Shown here: positions 17,926 to 27,518 of the stretch, piece by piece
Numbering within the stretch: position 1 is the first letter of the stretch
Layout of the letters: each line of letters opens with the position of its first letter
Assembly: GCF_900232105.1 (NCBI RefSeq)
Contig: NZ_LT934425.1
Location: 3,900,001 to 3,932,000, forward strand
Direction of reading: 5' to 3'
Length of the DNA: 32,000 bases
From: Candidatus Kuenenia stuttgartensis
Lineage (GTDB): Bacteria; Planctomycetota; Brocadiia; Brocadiales; Brocadiaceae
Translations under genes and position numbers: made by a program
Notes under the pieces: generated by a model
The model's database searches: none
What the model was told of the DNA's origin: nothing
Seen by the model: only the letters and a program-made list of their open reading frames with translations

Positions 17926-18603
17926 TCATGCATATTCAACCGGGTCTTTGTATCCGGATTCTTCGAATGCCTTTCGTCTTAGATAACAGCTATTGCACAC
18001 ACCGCAAGCCTTATCAGTGTTTTTGTAACATGACCAGCTAAGATGGAGCGGCGCTTTCAATGATATACCCAATGTTACAATCTCTGCCTTCGTTTTAAAA
18101 ATAAGTGGAGTCTCCACCGCTATGCGGGTTTCAGGTTTTGTTCCGGCGTCAATCAATTTGTTAAACACTTCGTAATAAAATGGTTTACAATCAGGGTATC
18201 CCGGGGTGTCGTGTGAAACGGCGCCGATAAATACCTTTTCAGCGCCGATAACCTCTGCCCATGAAACTGCTACGGAAAGAAAGAGGGTATTTCTGAATGG
18301 CACGTATGTTGTCGGAATTTCTTTGCTATCAGGCTCTGCCTCTTGAACAGGTATCATCGTATCCGTAAGGCTTGAACCACCAATTTTTTTAAGATAATCG
18401 ATATTTGCAATAAGAATTTGTTCGGCAGGGACTTTGTAATATGCGGCTATTTCATGGAATGCCGAAAGTTCTTTTGATTCGGTTCTTTGTCCATAATTGA
18501 TATGTAATAATGCGAGATCGTATGTTTCATTTGCGATTGCAGCGGTTACACAGCTATCCAAACCGCCGCTGGCAAGCACAATAGCAGTATCTTTTCCTTT
18601 CAT
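17926..18603 (-). CDS. queC: 7-cyano-7-deazaguanine synthase
   Basis: AIVLASGGLDSCVTAAIA; YVPFRNTLFLSVAVSWAEVIGAEKVFIGA; SCYKNTDKACGVCNSCYLRRKAFE. Confidence 0.95.
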   Translation of the reverse strand: MKGKDTAIVLASGGLDSCVTAAIANETYDLALLHINYGQRTESKELSAFHEIAAYYKVPAEQILIANIDYLKKIGGSSLTDTMIPVQEAEPDSKEIPTTYVPFRNTLFLSVAVSWAEVIGAEKVFIGAVSHDTPGYPDCKPFYYEVFNKLIDAGTKPETRIAVETPLIFKTKAEIVTLGISLKAPLHLSWSCYKNTDKACGVCNSCYLRRKAFEESGYKDPVEYA

Positions 18604-18606
18604 TTT

Positions 18607-19242
18607 TTACACGCCCCTTGTTTCCGGCCCCCAAATATACTTATGCATCTGAAGCTGCAACCGCACGTTAATGTGATCCTCTAAAATCCATGAAGCAATT
18701 AAAGAAGGTTGAATCATTCCGTAAACAGGATTCATTAAGATATGGGCAATTTCGGTTAGATGATATTTACTGATCATTGATCTTGCCCATTCATAGTCGT
18801 TTCGTGAAGACAGGACAAATTTAACCTCATCCTTTTTTGTTAAATGCGATATATTGTGCCAGCACATTTTATGGCTCATACCGCTGTCTGGACACTTTAC
18901 ATCCAAAATCCTTATTGTACCTTCGGGCAAAACACTGACGTCATAACTGCCGTTTGTTTCAACAAGAACGGTATAATTCCTGTTAAGTAATTCACGTACC
19001 AACACAGGTGTATTGTGATTTGACAGAGGTTCTCCCCCGGTAACACACACTGATTTCAATCCGAATGAATCAATCTTGTCAATGATGGAAGAAATTGGCA
19101 TTTCATTCCCTTCATCATAGGCATACTGCGTATCACAATAGCTGCAGCGCAAGTTGCATCCGGTTAACCTGACAAAAACAAACGGAAGGCCGGTAAAAGA
19201 CGTCTCTCCCTGTATACTCCTGAATATTTCATTAATCAACAT
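18607..19242 (-). CDS. queE: 7-carboxy-7-deazaguanine synthase (radical SAM)
   Basis: NEIFRSIQGETSFTGLPFVFVRLTGCNLRCSYCDTQYAY; VCVTGGEPL. Confidence 0.95.
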   Translation of the reverse strand: MLINEIFRSIQGETSFTGLPFVFVRLTGCNLRCSYCDTQYAYDEGNEMPISSIIDKIDSFGLKSVCVTGGEPLSNHNTPVLVRELLNRNYTVLVETNGSYDVSVLPEGTIRILDVKCPDSGMSHKMCWHNISHLTKKDEVKFVLSSRNDYEWARSMISKYHLTEIAHILMNPVYGMIQPSLIASWILEDHINVRLQLQMHKYIWGPETRGV

Positions 19243-19296
19243 GCAATAATTTTATCAGCAAAAGAAATCCTTGCAAAGTAATTAATGGTATTGATA

Positions 19297-21013
19297 CCTA
19301 AATCCTGCAAACGATTTTCGCAATGCGAAAATCAGTATTTTCCACTACCAAGATTGGCAAAAAGCGATAACAGATATCCGTTTTTTAGCAATTGTGGTAG
19401 CGCTATTGTACTACTTTAAACAAAAAGACATGGGAAATTGTCGGAAACGTGCTCTCTGATGCAATGAAAATCAAGATAGGGATGTACTGTCTCCATCTGC
19501 GGTATACTTACCACTCTCAAAAGACTAAAAAAACGAAATACAACGTCGGTTTTCTACTGAAAAACTACATCCAGTGACATGCGTTCCCACTTTTCCCATT
19601 CCTCCTGATGGAGAAATTTCTCCGGCAATTTTAATGTCATCTGCCGGCTTCTCTCCACCAGTTTCCCTGCCACACGGATTAACCACAGTCTCATCGTCTT
19701 TACTTCCCACTGTTGTATCACTCCACCACTGAGCAATCCCATCCACTTCAAAAGATTATACGCTAACACCGCACACTGAAATAGCGCAGCATTGGCCAAA
19801 AATTCACCCGTACGTATGTGCCCCGCATTCATCTGTCCTTTACTCTCTTCTATCAAAGTCTCGCAGGTAGCCCTCTTTCCATAACAACGATGCGCTTCCA
19901 TCGGACTTAACCGCTCCGTTGTAACGTAACAAAAATACTCATACACGGACACTTCTACTAATTTCTTTTCTCTTTTGACCAATTGCCGCACTGCCACAAA
20001 ACGTCTCGCACGATCCCACCCTGCACATCGATACCAAAATTCAGCCTGTTCCCATCCTGGCTCCCCTTTCACCTCATTCCATTTCTGCCCTTCAAGCAAT
20101 CCTTCCAGATTCTTCAGCTTTACCTTAATCAGATATCCCGCCAATATTGACTCAAGGTATTCAAGTAATTCTCCGGTAAAAAAACCGCTGTCTCCCCGAA
20201 ATACCACCCTTACCCCCTTATTCATGTACGCCATACATTCCTTCATGAACTCTACTACTCCGTTACTCGTGTAGGCGCTTCCACAGCGGAACCAACTATG
20301 TAATACCTCCTTTGTTTCTGCAATAAATGCCATTAAGGGATGATACGCCTTCTGCCCCTTCTTGTGCGGATTATATCCTACCTCTGCACCCTCCTGTTTC
20401 CCATATACACCATCTACGGTAGAATCAACATCTATCCATACTTCGCAAAGAGCACTCCTGAGTTTATGGCCTGATCTCACCGCACGCTTCCATATCTTTC
20501 CCCTAAACCGGTGGATCACCCCCGTCAGTTCCACTATATCTCCCTGACTCGCCAGCTTCATAATACGTCCTATCGTAGTATCTACAGGTACCTCTTTCCA
20601 CCCGGACATCTTCTTCAATACCTCATCTGTACACACCTTCATCACCTCTACCATCGATGTCGCCCCTGCTATCAACCCTATCACTACCATTTGTACCGCA
20701 TCGACAAACTGATACCGGGCATTTGCTCCACGATCCTTATGGACCGCTTCATGGACTCTCTCCCGGAACATCAGCTTACCCATAAAATTCAATACCGGTA
20801 AAAGCCCTGCATGTACCGTTAAGCCTTTCCCGCTCATCTCTGCCTTGATTTTCGGTTGTCTTTTGCTGTATTTTTTTGCTATATTCTTCATCGAAATGGT
20901 GAATCTCCTTTCAGGTGTTTTTTGTTATCAATATACCGCCGAATACCTTGGAAATCCTACCATTTCAATCCTATTCCTGCAACAAGGCTTTGCCTTGTTT
21001 GCAGGATTTAGGA
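19297..21013 (-). mobile_element. Complete IS1380-family insertion sequence
   Basis: Perfect 14-bp terminal inverted repeats CCTAAATCCTGCAA (19297-19310) and TTGCAGGATTTAGG (20999-21012) bracket the transposase ORF. GATA occurs at 19293-19296 and 21014-21017; the exact right boundary is uncertain by 1 nt. Confidence 0.85.
19554..20891 (-). CDS. IS1380-family transposase
   Basis: 445 aa: EVWIDVDSTVDGVYGKQEGAEVGYNPHKKGQKAYHPLMAF; GVRVVFRGDSGFFTGELLEYL; RHTGEF-like C-terminal region. Confidence 0.9.
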   Translation of the reverse strand: MKNIAKKYSKRQPKIKAEMSGKGLTVHAGLLPVLNFMGKLMFRERVHEAVHKDRGANARYQFVDAVQMVVIGLIAGATSMVEVMKVCTDEVLKKMSGWKEVPVDTTIGRIMKLASQGDIVELTGVIHRFRGKIWKRAVRSGHKLRSALCEVWIDVDSTVDGVYGKQEGAEVGYNPHKKGQKAYHPLMAFIAETKEVLHSWFRCGSAYTSNGVVEFMKECMAYMNKGVRVVFRGDSGFFTGELLEYLESILAGYLIKVKLKNLEGLLEGQKWNEVKGEPGWEQAEFWYRCAGWDRARRFVAVRQLVKREKKLVEVSVYEYFCYVTTERLSPMEAHRCYGKRATCETLIEESKGQMNAGHIRTGEFLANAALFQCAVLAYNLLKWMGLLSGGVIQQWEVKTMRLWLIRVAGKLVERSRQMTLKLPEKFLHQEEWEKWERMSLDVVFQ

Positions 21014-21085
21014 GATACTATTTCATTTCGTATTCGGATGTTATTCAATGTACGATTTACGGCAGGGGATGTTACGGATATTCAC

Positions 21086-21559
21086 ATGAAGATTGAACTT
21101 ATAGTAACAGGGAAAACGGAAGATGACTATCTGAAGAGGGGGATATCCGTTTATGCAAACAGGCTAAAGCATTATTGCGCATTTAATATTGCAGAAATTT
21201 CTTCAGTAAAACCTATTAGCAGCAAATCGTCTGAAGATGTGAAGGAAAGAGAAGCAGTTGCTCTTGAAAAATTGCTGGCGCCAACAGACTTTGTTGTACT
21301 GTTGGACGAAAAGGGCAGAGAACTGACTTCTGTTGAATTTGCTGATTTTTTACAGCAAAAGATGAATACGGGTGTAAGGGCAGTTAAATTTGTCTCCGGC
21401 GGGGCATACGGCATTGCAACACAGATAAAAAAAAGGGCAAATTTTACGTTATCATTATCACTGATGACGTTTTCTCATCAGATGGTGCGCCTGTTTTTCG
21501 TAGAGCAACTTTATAGGGCAATGACCATTATCAGGAATGAAAAATATCACCACGAATGA
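21086..21559 (+). CDS. rlmH: 23S rRNA (pseudouridine1915-N3)-methyltransferase
   Basis: Internal ATG at 21086 gives MKIELIVTGKTEDDYLKRGISVYANRLKHYC...FVVLLDEKGRELTSVEFADFL...FVSGGAYG...LSLSLMTFSHQMVRLFFVEQLYRAMTIIRNEKYHHE. The ORF-track start at 20915 lies inside the IS. Confidence 0.93.
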   Translation: MKIELIVTGKTEDDYLKRGISVYANRLKHYCAFNIAEISSVKPISSKSSEDVKEREAVALEKLLAPTDFVVLLDEKGRELTSVEFADFLQQKMNTGVRAVKFVSGGAYGIATQIKKRANFTLSLSLMTFSHQMVRLFFVEQLYRAMTIIRNEKYHHE

Positions 21560-21715
21560 TTGAGATATAGTCAAACAAGTCAGGTTTTTGAAACTTAAAC
21601 CGGCAAATGCAGGCGATTCGCACTACATTTTTAGAAAATCAGAAGCTTTTGGCTATAGTACCTGGTGTAAAATAATTATTTCCCTTGCCCTTTTACGGCA
21701 AAAATAGTAATTGCT

Positions 21716-21886
21716 GTAACAATTTAGTTTTTTGAAAAAGTAGGGGCGAAGCATTTGCCAGTTTGGGGAAGAACGCATTTGTGAAATTTATAGCGAATGC
21801 TTCGCCCCTGCACTATACGGCAAACATCATTATTATTGGAATTTATCAAAGAACTAAAGGGGAGTATTCCCGAACTAAAGTGTTAC
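21716..21886. mobile_element. 171-bp miniature element (MITE-like) with IS-matching termini
   Basis: Left GTAACAATTTAGTTTTTTGAAAAA (21716-21739), right AACTAAAGTGTTAC (21873-21886). Inner hairpin TAGGGGCGAAGCATTTGC (21741-21758) / GCGAATGCTTCGCCCCTG (21793-21810). Confidence 0.55.
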
Positions 21887-21997
21887 GAAAGAAAAAAAAT
21901 GTCTATTCTACATGCTGCATTCATGCTGCATTCAGCTTACAATATAACAAAGGTTAATGCGTGGCCATTCGTGGCTAACTATTGAGGACTGTATGGT

Positions 21998-22213
21998 ATG
22001 AGGCTGGACAAAGGGCAGATTGAAGTAGTGGACGATAAGGTTGCGGAGATACTCCGTGGAAAAACAGGCATGGAGCGATTACAAATAGTTTGGGATTTAT
22101 GGACGTATTTTCAAAAGAGTCTGAGGGCATATTTAAAAAACCTTCATCCTGAATGGACTGATGAAGAATTGCAAAAAGAGATTATAAGGCGGATGACCCG
22201 TGGAACAAACTAA
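21998..22213 (+). CDS. Small hypothetical protein, probable partner of the nucleotidyltransferase-like protein
   Basis: 71 aa (QIVWDLWTYFQKSLRAYLKNLHPEWTDEELQKEIIRRM) overlapping the next gene by 14 nt. Confidence 0.6.
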   Translation: MRLDKGQIEVVDDKVAEILRGKTGMERLQIVWDLWTYFQKSLRAYLKNLHPEWTDEELQKEIIRRMTRGTN

Positions 22214-22763
22214 ACTTATGCGTTTGATTGTTCAGGTGTTGGAATCCCTGGAAATACCGTATATGATTACTGGTTCTCACGCATCTGCATATTATGGTGA
22301 ACCCCGTTTTACCATGGATATTGATATTGTCGCAGACCTGAAAGAAGAACAGATTGATGGATTTATCACATTCTTTCAGTCTGATGAATTTTATTGTGAT
22401 AAAGAAACGATAAGGACTGAAATAAAAAGGCGGGGACAGTTCAATATCATCCACTCTACTTCAGGGTTAAAAATTGACATTATTTTGACAAAAGAAACCA
22501 CTTTTTCTAAAACTGAATTTTCCAGGAGAAAAAGGGAATCACTGTTTATTGATAAAAAAGCGAACTTTACAACACCGGAAGATGTAATTATAAAAAAAAT
22601 GGAATTTTATAAAGAGGGCGGTTCTGAAAAACACCTCCGTGATATTACCGGGATTCTCAAAATATCAGGTGACGTACTAGACATGAACTACATCGCCCAA
22701 TGGGCAGACAGATTAGGCATTCGTGTTATATGGGATGCAGTATTAAGGCGACTGAAGGAATAA
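22200..22763 (+). CDS. Nucleotidyltransferase-like (AbiEii/DUF6036-type) protein
   Basis: LESLEIPYMITGSHASAYYGEPRFTMDIDIVADL is a minimal NTase motif (GSxAsa...DIDIV). Overlaps the upstream small ORF. Confidence 0.75.
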   Translation: MEQTKLMRLIVQVLESLEIPYMITGSHASAYYGEPRFTMDIDIVADLKEEQIDGFITFFQSDEFYCDKETIRTEIKRRGQFNIIHSTSGLKIDIILTKETTFSKTEFSRRKRESLFIDKKANFTTPEDVIIKKMEFYKEGGSEKHLRDITGILKISGDVLDMNYIAQWADRLGIRVIWDAVLRRLKE

Positions 22764-22848
22764 TTGGTTTGTTTGTGTAGAAATTCTTGCTTTGGACTCG
22801 GGTAAATACTGATGTTATTCCGTGTCCTATTGAAAGGAGAATTGCACA

Positions 22849-23093
22849 ATGGCAACAGGCAGATGGGTTATAGACGATCGCACACTAAAAGGAGAAGAGC
22901 TTAAGGCATATTTGGAAGCATAGAAGTATGGGATGAAATGGAAATTGCACGACTTGGCTGGACAGGAGGAGACGATTACAACCTTGCCTACTTTCGGCAC
23001 ACCGGCAAATGGCAGGACTGTTTATCAGGGACACTGGACGAATGCCTTCAGGCGATAAAAGATAATGAGTTTGGGTTGTTTTGGATTTTTTAA
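22849..23093 (+). pseudogene. Small gene apparently split by a frameshift (24-aa ORF then a 51-aa ORF)
   Basis: AAGGAGA-N8-ATG opens MATGRWVIDDRTLKGEELKAYLEA (22849-22923). A +1 frame continues EVWDEMEIARLGWTGGDDYNLAYFRHTGKWQDCLSGTLDECLQAIKDNEFGLFWIF, ending at 23093. Confidence 0.4.
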
Positions 23094-23353
23094 TTTGAAT
23101 TGTCTGACCAACCCCAATGGATTTGACTGGTAATTAAGAAAAGGCTGAAATGATTGAAAAAGCCGAATATGAGGAGCTTGAAAGCCTGATTTAATCAAAG
23201 AATGATTCGGCTGAAGATAAAGCAGAAAATTAAAAAGAGTCTGGTAGGTGAATGCCATTATCTTGGCTATACCCAACCCATATCTGTCCGCGTCTCAATT
23301 ACAAAAGTATGGAGGGGATATGTATGCCATGTGAACGGTTACTGTTTTTATTT

Positions 23354-24085
23354 CTAACGAGCATTTTCACTATAGAGTATTGATCGCTCAAATTCCTTGT
23401 TTAGCACGTGTCCTACTATAATCATAGCTGTTTTTGTTATAGCCTCGTCTTTTACTAATTTATCAATGTGCGATAAGCATGAGCGAACGATTTTTTGTTG
23501 TGGCCAGGATGCCTTGTAGACAACTGCGATAGGACATTCATTTCCATAATGAGGAATGAGAATTTTTACAATCTCAGATAATTTTTCAATGCTAAGAAAA
23601 ATACACAGTGTAGGAGTAGAGGCCGCGAGTTTGCTGAGGTGTTCTTTTTCCGGCATGGGAGTGTTGCCTTCCATTCTTGTAATTACAATCGTTTGGGTAA
23701 CTCCTGGAAGCGTCAATTCCTGTTTTAATGCGGCAGAAGCGGCAACGAAAGAACTCACTCCCGGAATAATTTCATATAAAATCCCTAGTTCATCAAGCAC
23801 ACGCATTTGTTCCTGTATAGCGCCGTAAATAGCGGGGTCGCCGGAATGCAGACGAACGAGGTCTTTGTTTGCTATTTTTGCCTCTTTGAATACCTTTGTC
23901 ATATTTTCCAGATTCATTTTCGATGAATCGTATTTTTTTGCACCGGATGGCAGGGCGGAGAGCAATTCCTCGTTTACCAGTGATCCTGCGAAAATACAAT
24001 ATTCTGCGCATTTAAGCAGATTAAAACCTTTTACTGTTATAAGATCTTTGTCACCTGGTCCAGCGCCAACAAAATATACTTTCAT
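23354..24085 (-). CDS. cobM: Precorrin-4 C11-methyltransferase
   Basis: MKVYFVGAGPGDKDLITVKGFNLLKCAEYCIFAGSLV...RLHSGDPAIYGAIQEQM...YEIIPGVSSFVAAAA-like block. Confidence 0.92.
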   Translation of the reverse strand: MKVYFVGAGPGDKDLITVKGFNLLKCAEYCIFAGSLVNEELLSALPSGAKKYDSSKMNLENMTKVFKEAKIANKDLVRLHSGDPAIYGAIQEQMRVLDELGILYEIIPGVSSFVAASAALKQELTLPGVTQTIVITRMEGNTPMPEKEHLSKLAASTPTLCIFLSIEKLSEIVKILIPHYGNECPIAVVYKASWPQQKIVRSCLSHIDKLVKDEAITKTAMIIVGHVLNKEFERSILYSENAR

Positions 24086-24138
24086 GAAAAAACTCCGTTT
24101 ATAATGGGGAGGGTTAAAGGTATATTAACGGTATTCTA

Positions 24139-24504
24139 TCAGTTTCCGTCTTTCCAATGAATTGAGTTTATGATAACTTTTTTTGATTCCTCGCCCACGA
24201 TCTTAAATTGGCTATCTTTTATTACATAGGTAGAGGCAGATTTACTGCTGTTTCTTACCGTAATAATCCAATACGCACCGTCTTTGCCAACGGATTCCAC
24301 TCTTCCGTTTTTTAAAGTGATAGTAACACTTAGCACCGCTTCGCCTTCGCTACCCGAGATTTGTCTTACATTGCTTATGGTAAAAACGCTGGGCAATCCT
24401 GCTTTTAACCGGATCTGCTGAGATCCTACATCGATAAATTGTCCATTTGCAATAACTGGCATAGTAAACAATAAAAATAGAAACAAAATAATTTTGCAAT
24501 TCAT
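24139..24504 (-). CDS. Small exported hypothetical protein
   Basis: N-terminal signal peptide-like MNCKIILFLFLLFTMPVIANG followed by a beta-rich 100-aa domain. Confidence 0.6.
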   Translation of the reverse strand: MNCKIILFLFLLFTMPVIANGQFIDVGSQQIRLKAGLPSVFTISNVRQISGSEGEAVLSVTITLKNGRVESVGKDGAYWIITVRNSSKSASTYVIKDSQFKIVGEESKKVIINSIHWKDGN

Positions 24505-24771
24505 TTCCTGCTCCTTTTCTCTCTTTTCCCGAATATTTTGTTGTTTATACGGATATGATTTATTATTAAATTTTCCCTGTTATACCCATTTTCCCGTAAA
24601 GATTTCAAATAAATCCTTATTTTAAGCACCTGCCTTCTTCATATTTCCATTCTTCGGCATGATTACTTTCGGTATATATACTTACAAAAAAACGCATAAG
24701 CCAATTTATTAATTTTAAATCAGACTTATGCGTTTTATTTAACAGGAAAATGAAGTTGCAGGGGTTGTTTA

Positions 24772-25179
24772 CTATTTCTTTCCTGAAGATTCGATCTCTA
24801 TTTCGGCAAATTTCGCCCTTCCGCTTTTCAATTTTACGGTAGCTTTTGAATTTTTAAAATTTTTCTTTCCCGCCGTCAATTTATAAGTATCTTCTTTCAA
24901 ATTATCAAATTTAAATTTACCGTTGCTGTCTGTATTAACCTCATCCTTCATCCCTGTATTTTTCCCTTTCAGTTGTACCTGGGCAGCCTGCATGTATGAC
25001 ATATAACATGATTGAAAATATACTACCGTGCCATAAATAGACCCCTTTTTACTGCAAGCATTCTCAACGCTATTTGTGAGTCCTTTTTCTCCATCCGTGC
25101 CTGCCTTGAGGGATAACACAAGCGATATAATCAATACACCAACCATAGGTAAAATAAACAAAAATTTACGTTTTTTCAT
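24772..25179 (-). CDS. Exported carboxypeptidase-regulatory-like domain protein
   Basis: MKKRKFLFILPMVGVLIISLVLSL leader; DTEVNTDSNGKFKFDNLKEDTYKLTAG-like motif. Confidence 0.6.
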   Translation of the reverse strand: MKKRKFLFILPMVGVLIISLVLSLKAGTDGEKGLTNSVENACSKKGSIYGTVVYFQSCYMSYMQAAQVQLKGKNTGMKDEVNTDSNGKFKFDNLKEDTYKLTAGKKNFKNSKATVKLKSGRAKFAEIEIESSGKK

Positions 25180-25511
25180 AGAACTGTTCTCCTTTGCTTT
25201 ATGTTAAAAAGATTGAATGTACAAATGGTAGAATAATTATGTTTAATTCGAAGGCTAATTTGAATTATCGGGCTATCGTCGAAACACCTTAATAAAAATC
25301 CGGCTTATTATATAAACCCTAATAGATAAGTCAAGACAAAAAAAAAGAGGTTAAAAGCGTTTTACCTGTAATTACCATTTCGAGGAATGAAGTATCGTGA
25401 AATCTTTGTCCGGATCAGGCTACGAGGGGGGGATTCTCGTTCTACGCTGAATGAACGCCGTCTAAGTGGTGATTTCATGACTATTTGTGACCAAAGAAAC
25501 TATTGAATGCT

Positions 25512-27218
25512 TCATTCTTCTTCCGCTTTAAATGATTTCAGACTGTTGTAGATTCTCTCTTCAGTTTGAGCTTCCAGATCCATGTCTTTTTCTTTGTAAA
25601 GTAGCCATAAATTGTGGTGTGCGTCAATATCATCAGGGTCAATATCAATTGTTTTTGAAAATGCCGCAATTGCCTCATCGAGCCGCCCGAGTTTTTTATA
25701 GGTTTTCCCTAAATTGAAATAGGCATTCACGAAATCCGGGTCAATAATGACTGCTTGTTCCCAACAGGCAAGGGCAGAATTATACTTATTCTTTTTTGTA
25801 TATGCATTTCCTAATTTGTAATATACCAATGAATTAACCGGGTGGCCTTCTACAATTTTTTCCCATGTTTTTATCGCTTTGTCGATGCTGCCTTTGGCTT
25901 CGTAAGCGTCCGCAAGATTATTCAATGTAGTATAATCATCAGGATTTGTTTCAAGCACCTTTGACCACATGGAAATAGCATTATCAATTTTTCCTTGATT
26001 ATAAAGCGCAACGCCCAGATTAAAGTATGCGTCTGTGTTTGTTGGATTTATTTCTATAGTCTTTTTCCATGCACGGATAGATTTGTCTACATCACCAATT
26101 TCAGCGGCCAGTTCACCATAATTATAATACGCTTCTTCATACGAGGGGTCATCGGAAAAGGCGCTTTCATATGCGGATAAAGCTTTGTCAGGCATGTTAA
26201 TTTTTGTATAGATTTCTCCAAGTTTAAAATGTGCGGGGGCAATGGCATTGCTTATTGCTATTGCCTTTTCAAGCGATGCTATGGCTTCTTTTGAGTTGCC
26301 TTCTTTACTTAAAATTAATCCAAGGTTATAGTGTGCTTCGGCAAAATCCGCTCTTAGTTTCAGAGCGGTTTCAAAAGCATCTTTTGCCTCGTTTAAATTA
26401 TTATGTGCAAAGAGTGCAATACCCAGGTTGTTATAGGCGTCTGTGTAATTATTTTTTAATTTGACAGCAGTTTGGTGTGCAGAAATGGCCTTTTCAATTT
26501 CGTTCATCTCATAGTAAATAATACCTAAGTAATTGTGTGCTTCAGCATCCCTGGGATTCAAATCAAGTGTTTTTTGGAACTCTGTAAGCGCTTTTTCCGG
26601 CATGTTTTTTTTGTAAAATGCAAGTCCCATGCTAAAATGAAAATCAGGATTGTTTGAATCGAGCTTGATTGCTTTATTTAAATAGTCAAAGCTCTCATTG
26701 ATTTTGTTTGTTTCAAGGTATAAAAGTGCCATAGTGTAGTATGCTTCCGCCATAGAAGGATTTAATTTCAGGCACTCTTTTAAAGCGGAAAATGCCTCTG
26801 TATATTCATTTTTCTTTTTGTATAAAAGACCCAGGTCGTTGTATGCCTCAGCTTTTCCTTTAAAGTTATATTTGTCGTAGTAAGAGATGGCATTATTTAG
26901 TTCATTCATTGCTTTACTAAATTGATTAATTTCTAAGTAAGCCTTGCCTAAATAATGGTGCAATTCTCCATCTTGCCGGATACCCTGCAATGCAAAATTA
27001 AATTCGTCAATGGCTTCCTCGGTCATGCCTTTTTTGAAATAGGTAATACCTAAAGTTTTATGTTCCTTTGCTGACAATGCGCCGGTCAATTTGTCGGTTA
27101 TTGAACCGATATATCCGCCTTTTATGTTTTTTTTATCTTTAGTATCGTATGGAGAGCTGCATGCCATCGGGAAGAAAAGAAGAATGTAAGCTACCCAGAA
27201 ATATTTCTTAATGATCAT
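25512..27218 (-). CDS. TPR-repeat lipoprotein-like protein
   Basis: Signal/lipobox-like MACSS after a hydrophobic segment; many consecutive about 34-aa TPR units such as AEAHYNLGLILSKEGNSKEAIASLEKAIAI. Confidence 0.9.
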   Translation of the reverse strand: MIIKKYFWVAYILLFFPMACSSPYDTKDKKNIKGGYIGSITDKLTGALSAKEHKTLGITYFKKGMTEEAIDEFNFALQGIRQDGELHHYLGKAYLEINQFSKAMNELNNAISYYDKYNFKGKAEAYNDLGLLYKKKNEYTEAFSALKECLKLNPSMAEAYYTMALLYLETNKINESFDYLNKAIKLDSNNPDFHFSMGLAFYKKNMPEKALTEFQKTLDLNPRDAEAHNYLGIIYYEMNEIEKAISAHQTAVKLKNNYTDAYNNLGIALFAHNNLNEAKDAFETALKLRADFAEAHYNLGLILSKEGNSKEAIASLEKAIAISNAIAPAHFKLGEIYTKINMPDKALSAYESAFSDDPSYEEAYYNYGELAAEIGDVDKSIRAWKKTIEINPTNTDAYFNLGVALYNQGKIDNAISMWSKVLETNPDDYTTLNNLADAYEAKGSIDKAIKTWEKIVEGHPVNSLVYYKLGNAYTKKNKYNSALACWEQAVIIDPDFVNAYFNLGKTYKKLGRLDEAIAAFSKTIDIDPDDIDAHHNLWLLYKEKDMDLEAQTEERIYNSLKSFKAEEE

Positions 27219-27518
27219 TGGTTTTTAAGTAAAAAATAAAATTAAGCCTTCAGCGACTTTTTTGGATGAAATATTTCAACGCAGGGGCGATCCGGCAGGG
27301 ATTGAAGATCTTCAACCCCTCCTTTATCAGTTCCTTGCTCTAAATCTTACCAGTATTTACAAGGCATTCAAGGAAATTCATTTACTTTTTGCTTGTATCT
27401 GTTTTTGTTTCCTGTGACTTTCCGGATAAAATAAAAAGTAATGGTGGAATTGGAAACGGTAGTATAGTAAGATATTCTTACCATTTATCATATAATTTAC
27501 AATTGGAGATACGGAAAT

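Noticed and set aside
19243-19296. preQ1 riboswitch upstream of queE
   Set aside because: The short spacer before the IS lacks a recognisable preQ1-I-type stem and A-rich tail, and the IS lies immediately upstream.
21708-21894. Target-site duplication around the miniature element
   Set aside because: The 8-nt flanks (taattgct and gaaagaaa) do not match, so recent transposition with a clean duplication is not supported.
25512-27218. DNA tandem repeat inside the large minus-strand ORF
   Set aside because: The periodicity is explained by about 34-aa TPR protein repeats and is not a nucleotide-level tandem array.
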